Below are positions 62,388-64,000 of a DNA stretch of 64,000 bases, piece by piece (position 1 is the stretch's first letter; each line of letters starts with the position of its first letter). Where the stretch lies: positions 24,984,709-25,048,708 of the forward strand of contig OZ316894.1 of assembly GCA_973895155.1 (NCBI GenBank). The letters are read 5' to 3'. The position numbers and the translations under genes are program-made. The notes below the pieces were generated by a model. That model was not told the DNA's origin. It was given only the letters and a program-made list of their open reading frames with translations, and made no database searches. Origin of the DNA: Marsupella aquatica (lineage: Eukaryota; Plantae; Marchantiophyta).

Positions 62388-63036
62388 CTATATTGCCGCT
62401 CTGTTTCTCAGATTCCAACTATGAAACTGCTATAATGGTGAATCTATCTTCCAGTATTTTGTCTTATTCAAACTTCTTTTCTTGTGTATTTTAATTCAAT
62501 GTGTCTTACCAAGGTGCATCCTTTGTATACTTTAGATTTTGAATTTAATCTGGCACCCCTCTAAACTTTTCAATCTTTCATATACTTTTGATCATCCACC
62601 CTTTAACAAAGCTCATGGAAGTTCTAGTCCTTAGTGAAGAAGAAATGATCTAATTAAAGTGCACTCTTTATGTCTTTAAGTTCTACTCATAATTTTGTAT
62701 CCTAAATTTATGGTTTTAATTCATTTGAGTGTCATTACCTGAGATAAGTACATAAGTATCTTTAATGGTGTATAGTATGTGTAGAACCCAATACCATAGA
62801 CTTAAATTTTTACTGTTCATTATTACTTTTCTTTACATGTGTATTTTACTCTTGTATTTTATGTGCACAATTTTTCAATGTCACTCTTCCTAATCAATGT
62901 CCTATTTATATTTGCCACAAAAAATTAGATCACCTGTATTTCACTAAAAAAACTTAAACTTTTTGCTAGAGGACAAATAACTTTTCATGTTCCAGGATGA
63001 ATATGCTATATTGCCGCTCTGTTTCTCAGATTCCAA
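62388..63036. repeat. Identical 31-bp direct repeats flanking ~590 bp of AT-rich DNA
   Basis: ctatattgccgctctgtttctcagattccaa at 62388-62418 and 63006-63036. Confidence 0.8.
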
Positions 63037-64000
63037 TTTTTACCACTCATTTCTAATTATCATGCTGCAACCTTCTTCAACCGCTGGTGAAGAAAAGTAA
63101 CTCTGGTCAACTTGGAAAGCGCAGCAATCAATATTCTGCAGCCAACCAGGAGGGCGCAAAGCGGATTGGGGCAGGAGCAAAGTAATAGACCTAAATAACC
63201 CAACATTTGTTCAGGGTTGCAAAGGTGCTGTGTTTAGAGAAGAGGGCATGGTGTGGCCATCTGATAGTGAAACCTGGTTGGATTTTGACTTCTGGATTGA
63301 TTTTACTTCGTTAACTGGAGTTATCTTGCTTCAACAGTGATGGGAAAGAATGGCAAAATAACTATATGGACGAAGATAGTGCAAATATAATAAATGTCAG
63401 TTAAAAAAATAAAATTAGGTGTTATTGTCGCCCTATAAACATATAGTCCAACTGCGGGGGAATCCACTTTCAACTTTGGGAGTCAGTGGCTAGGGCCTAG
63501 GTCCTACACCTGAAATTCGTAAAGCTCATCTTATATCCAGAGTTCTATGCGCTCTTTCACTCTATGTTGTCGTCTCTTGACCTCTGTTGCTTTTATTCCT
63601 TTGCACTTTTGGGACCTTTTTTAAGTGACTTGGTCAATTTTGGCTTTTCTGTTTAGCAGTAGAGAGCAAAGGATCGAGGGTCCCATAGAGGAATTTGTCT
63701 AGAAGGCCAAATCCCGATAGCCTAGGCCCTACTGCAAATGGCGAATGTTTGAGCCCTCTTCTGTGTAAGAGACACTAGTATATACCAAACTACAGTAGTT
63801 GTCTAAAGAAACCCTTCGAGGATTGGTCTAAGACCTATGCTCTAAACAATGACTGCAGGTGCCATAGGAAGTCTGATGGATGCTCTGGTATATGCCCAGG
63901 CCAAATCTAGACTATTCCTCATCTTGTATTTTCATGTTCTCATGCTTACCTTATGTTGGAGAAGGTCAACTGTTGAGTAAGTGCAGAGATTATTGGACTA

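Overview
Eukaryotic, intron-rich land-plant DNA. A bryophyte (liverwort-like) origin is my inference from gene content and one transposon-ORF family. Five protein genes could be rebuilt by hand from splice sites and reading-frame phases: a single-exon plant YDxxSYxxNF-motif protein (6710-7339,+), a probable plastid DUF3783 protein (20788-24710,-), TRM6/GCD10 (26337-30245,-), SAP30BP/HCNGP (32351-35748,+), and an 18-exon divergent HAP2/GCS1 class II gamete-fusogen gene (38879-51381,+) that the ORF track shows only as fragments. The HAP2-like gene is the main find. It keeps the signal peptide, domain I/II/III motifs, Trp-rich fusion-loop region and TM helix. It appears to lack the hallmark HAP2-GCS1 (PF10699) segment, and the Cys I recall as that segment's disulfide partner is also replaced (GFCNVC instead of GFCCxC). 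It ends in two duplicated, phase-compatible terminal exons that would give either a short K/G-rich tail or a ~580-aa modular tail. Intergenic DNA holds a solo LTR with TSD, tRNA-derived SINE-like copies, a long-TIR MITE with TSD, a decayed retroelement ORF, a CRE-like RLE LINE remnant and several tandem repeats. All homology calls come from motif recognition, not database searches.
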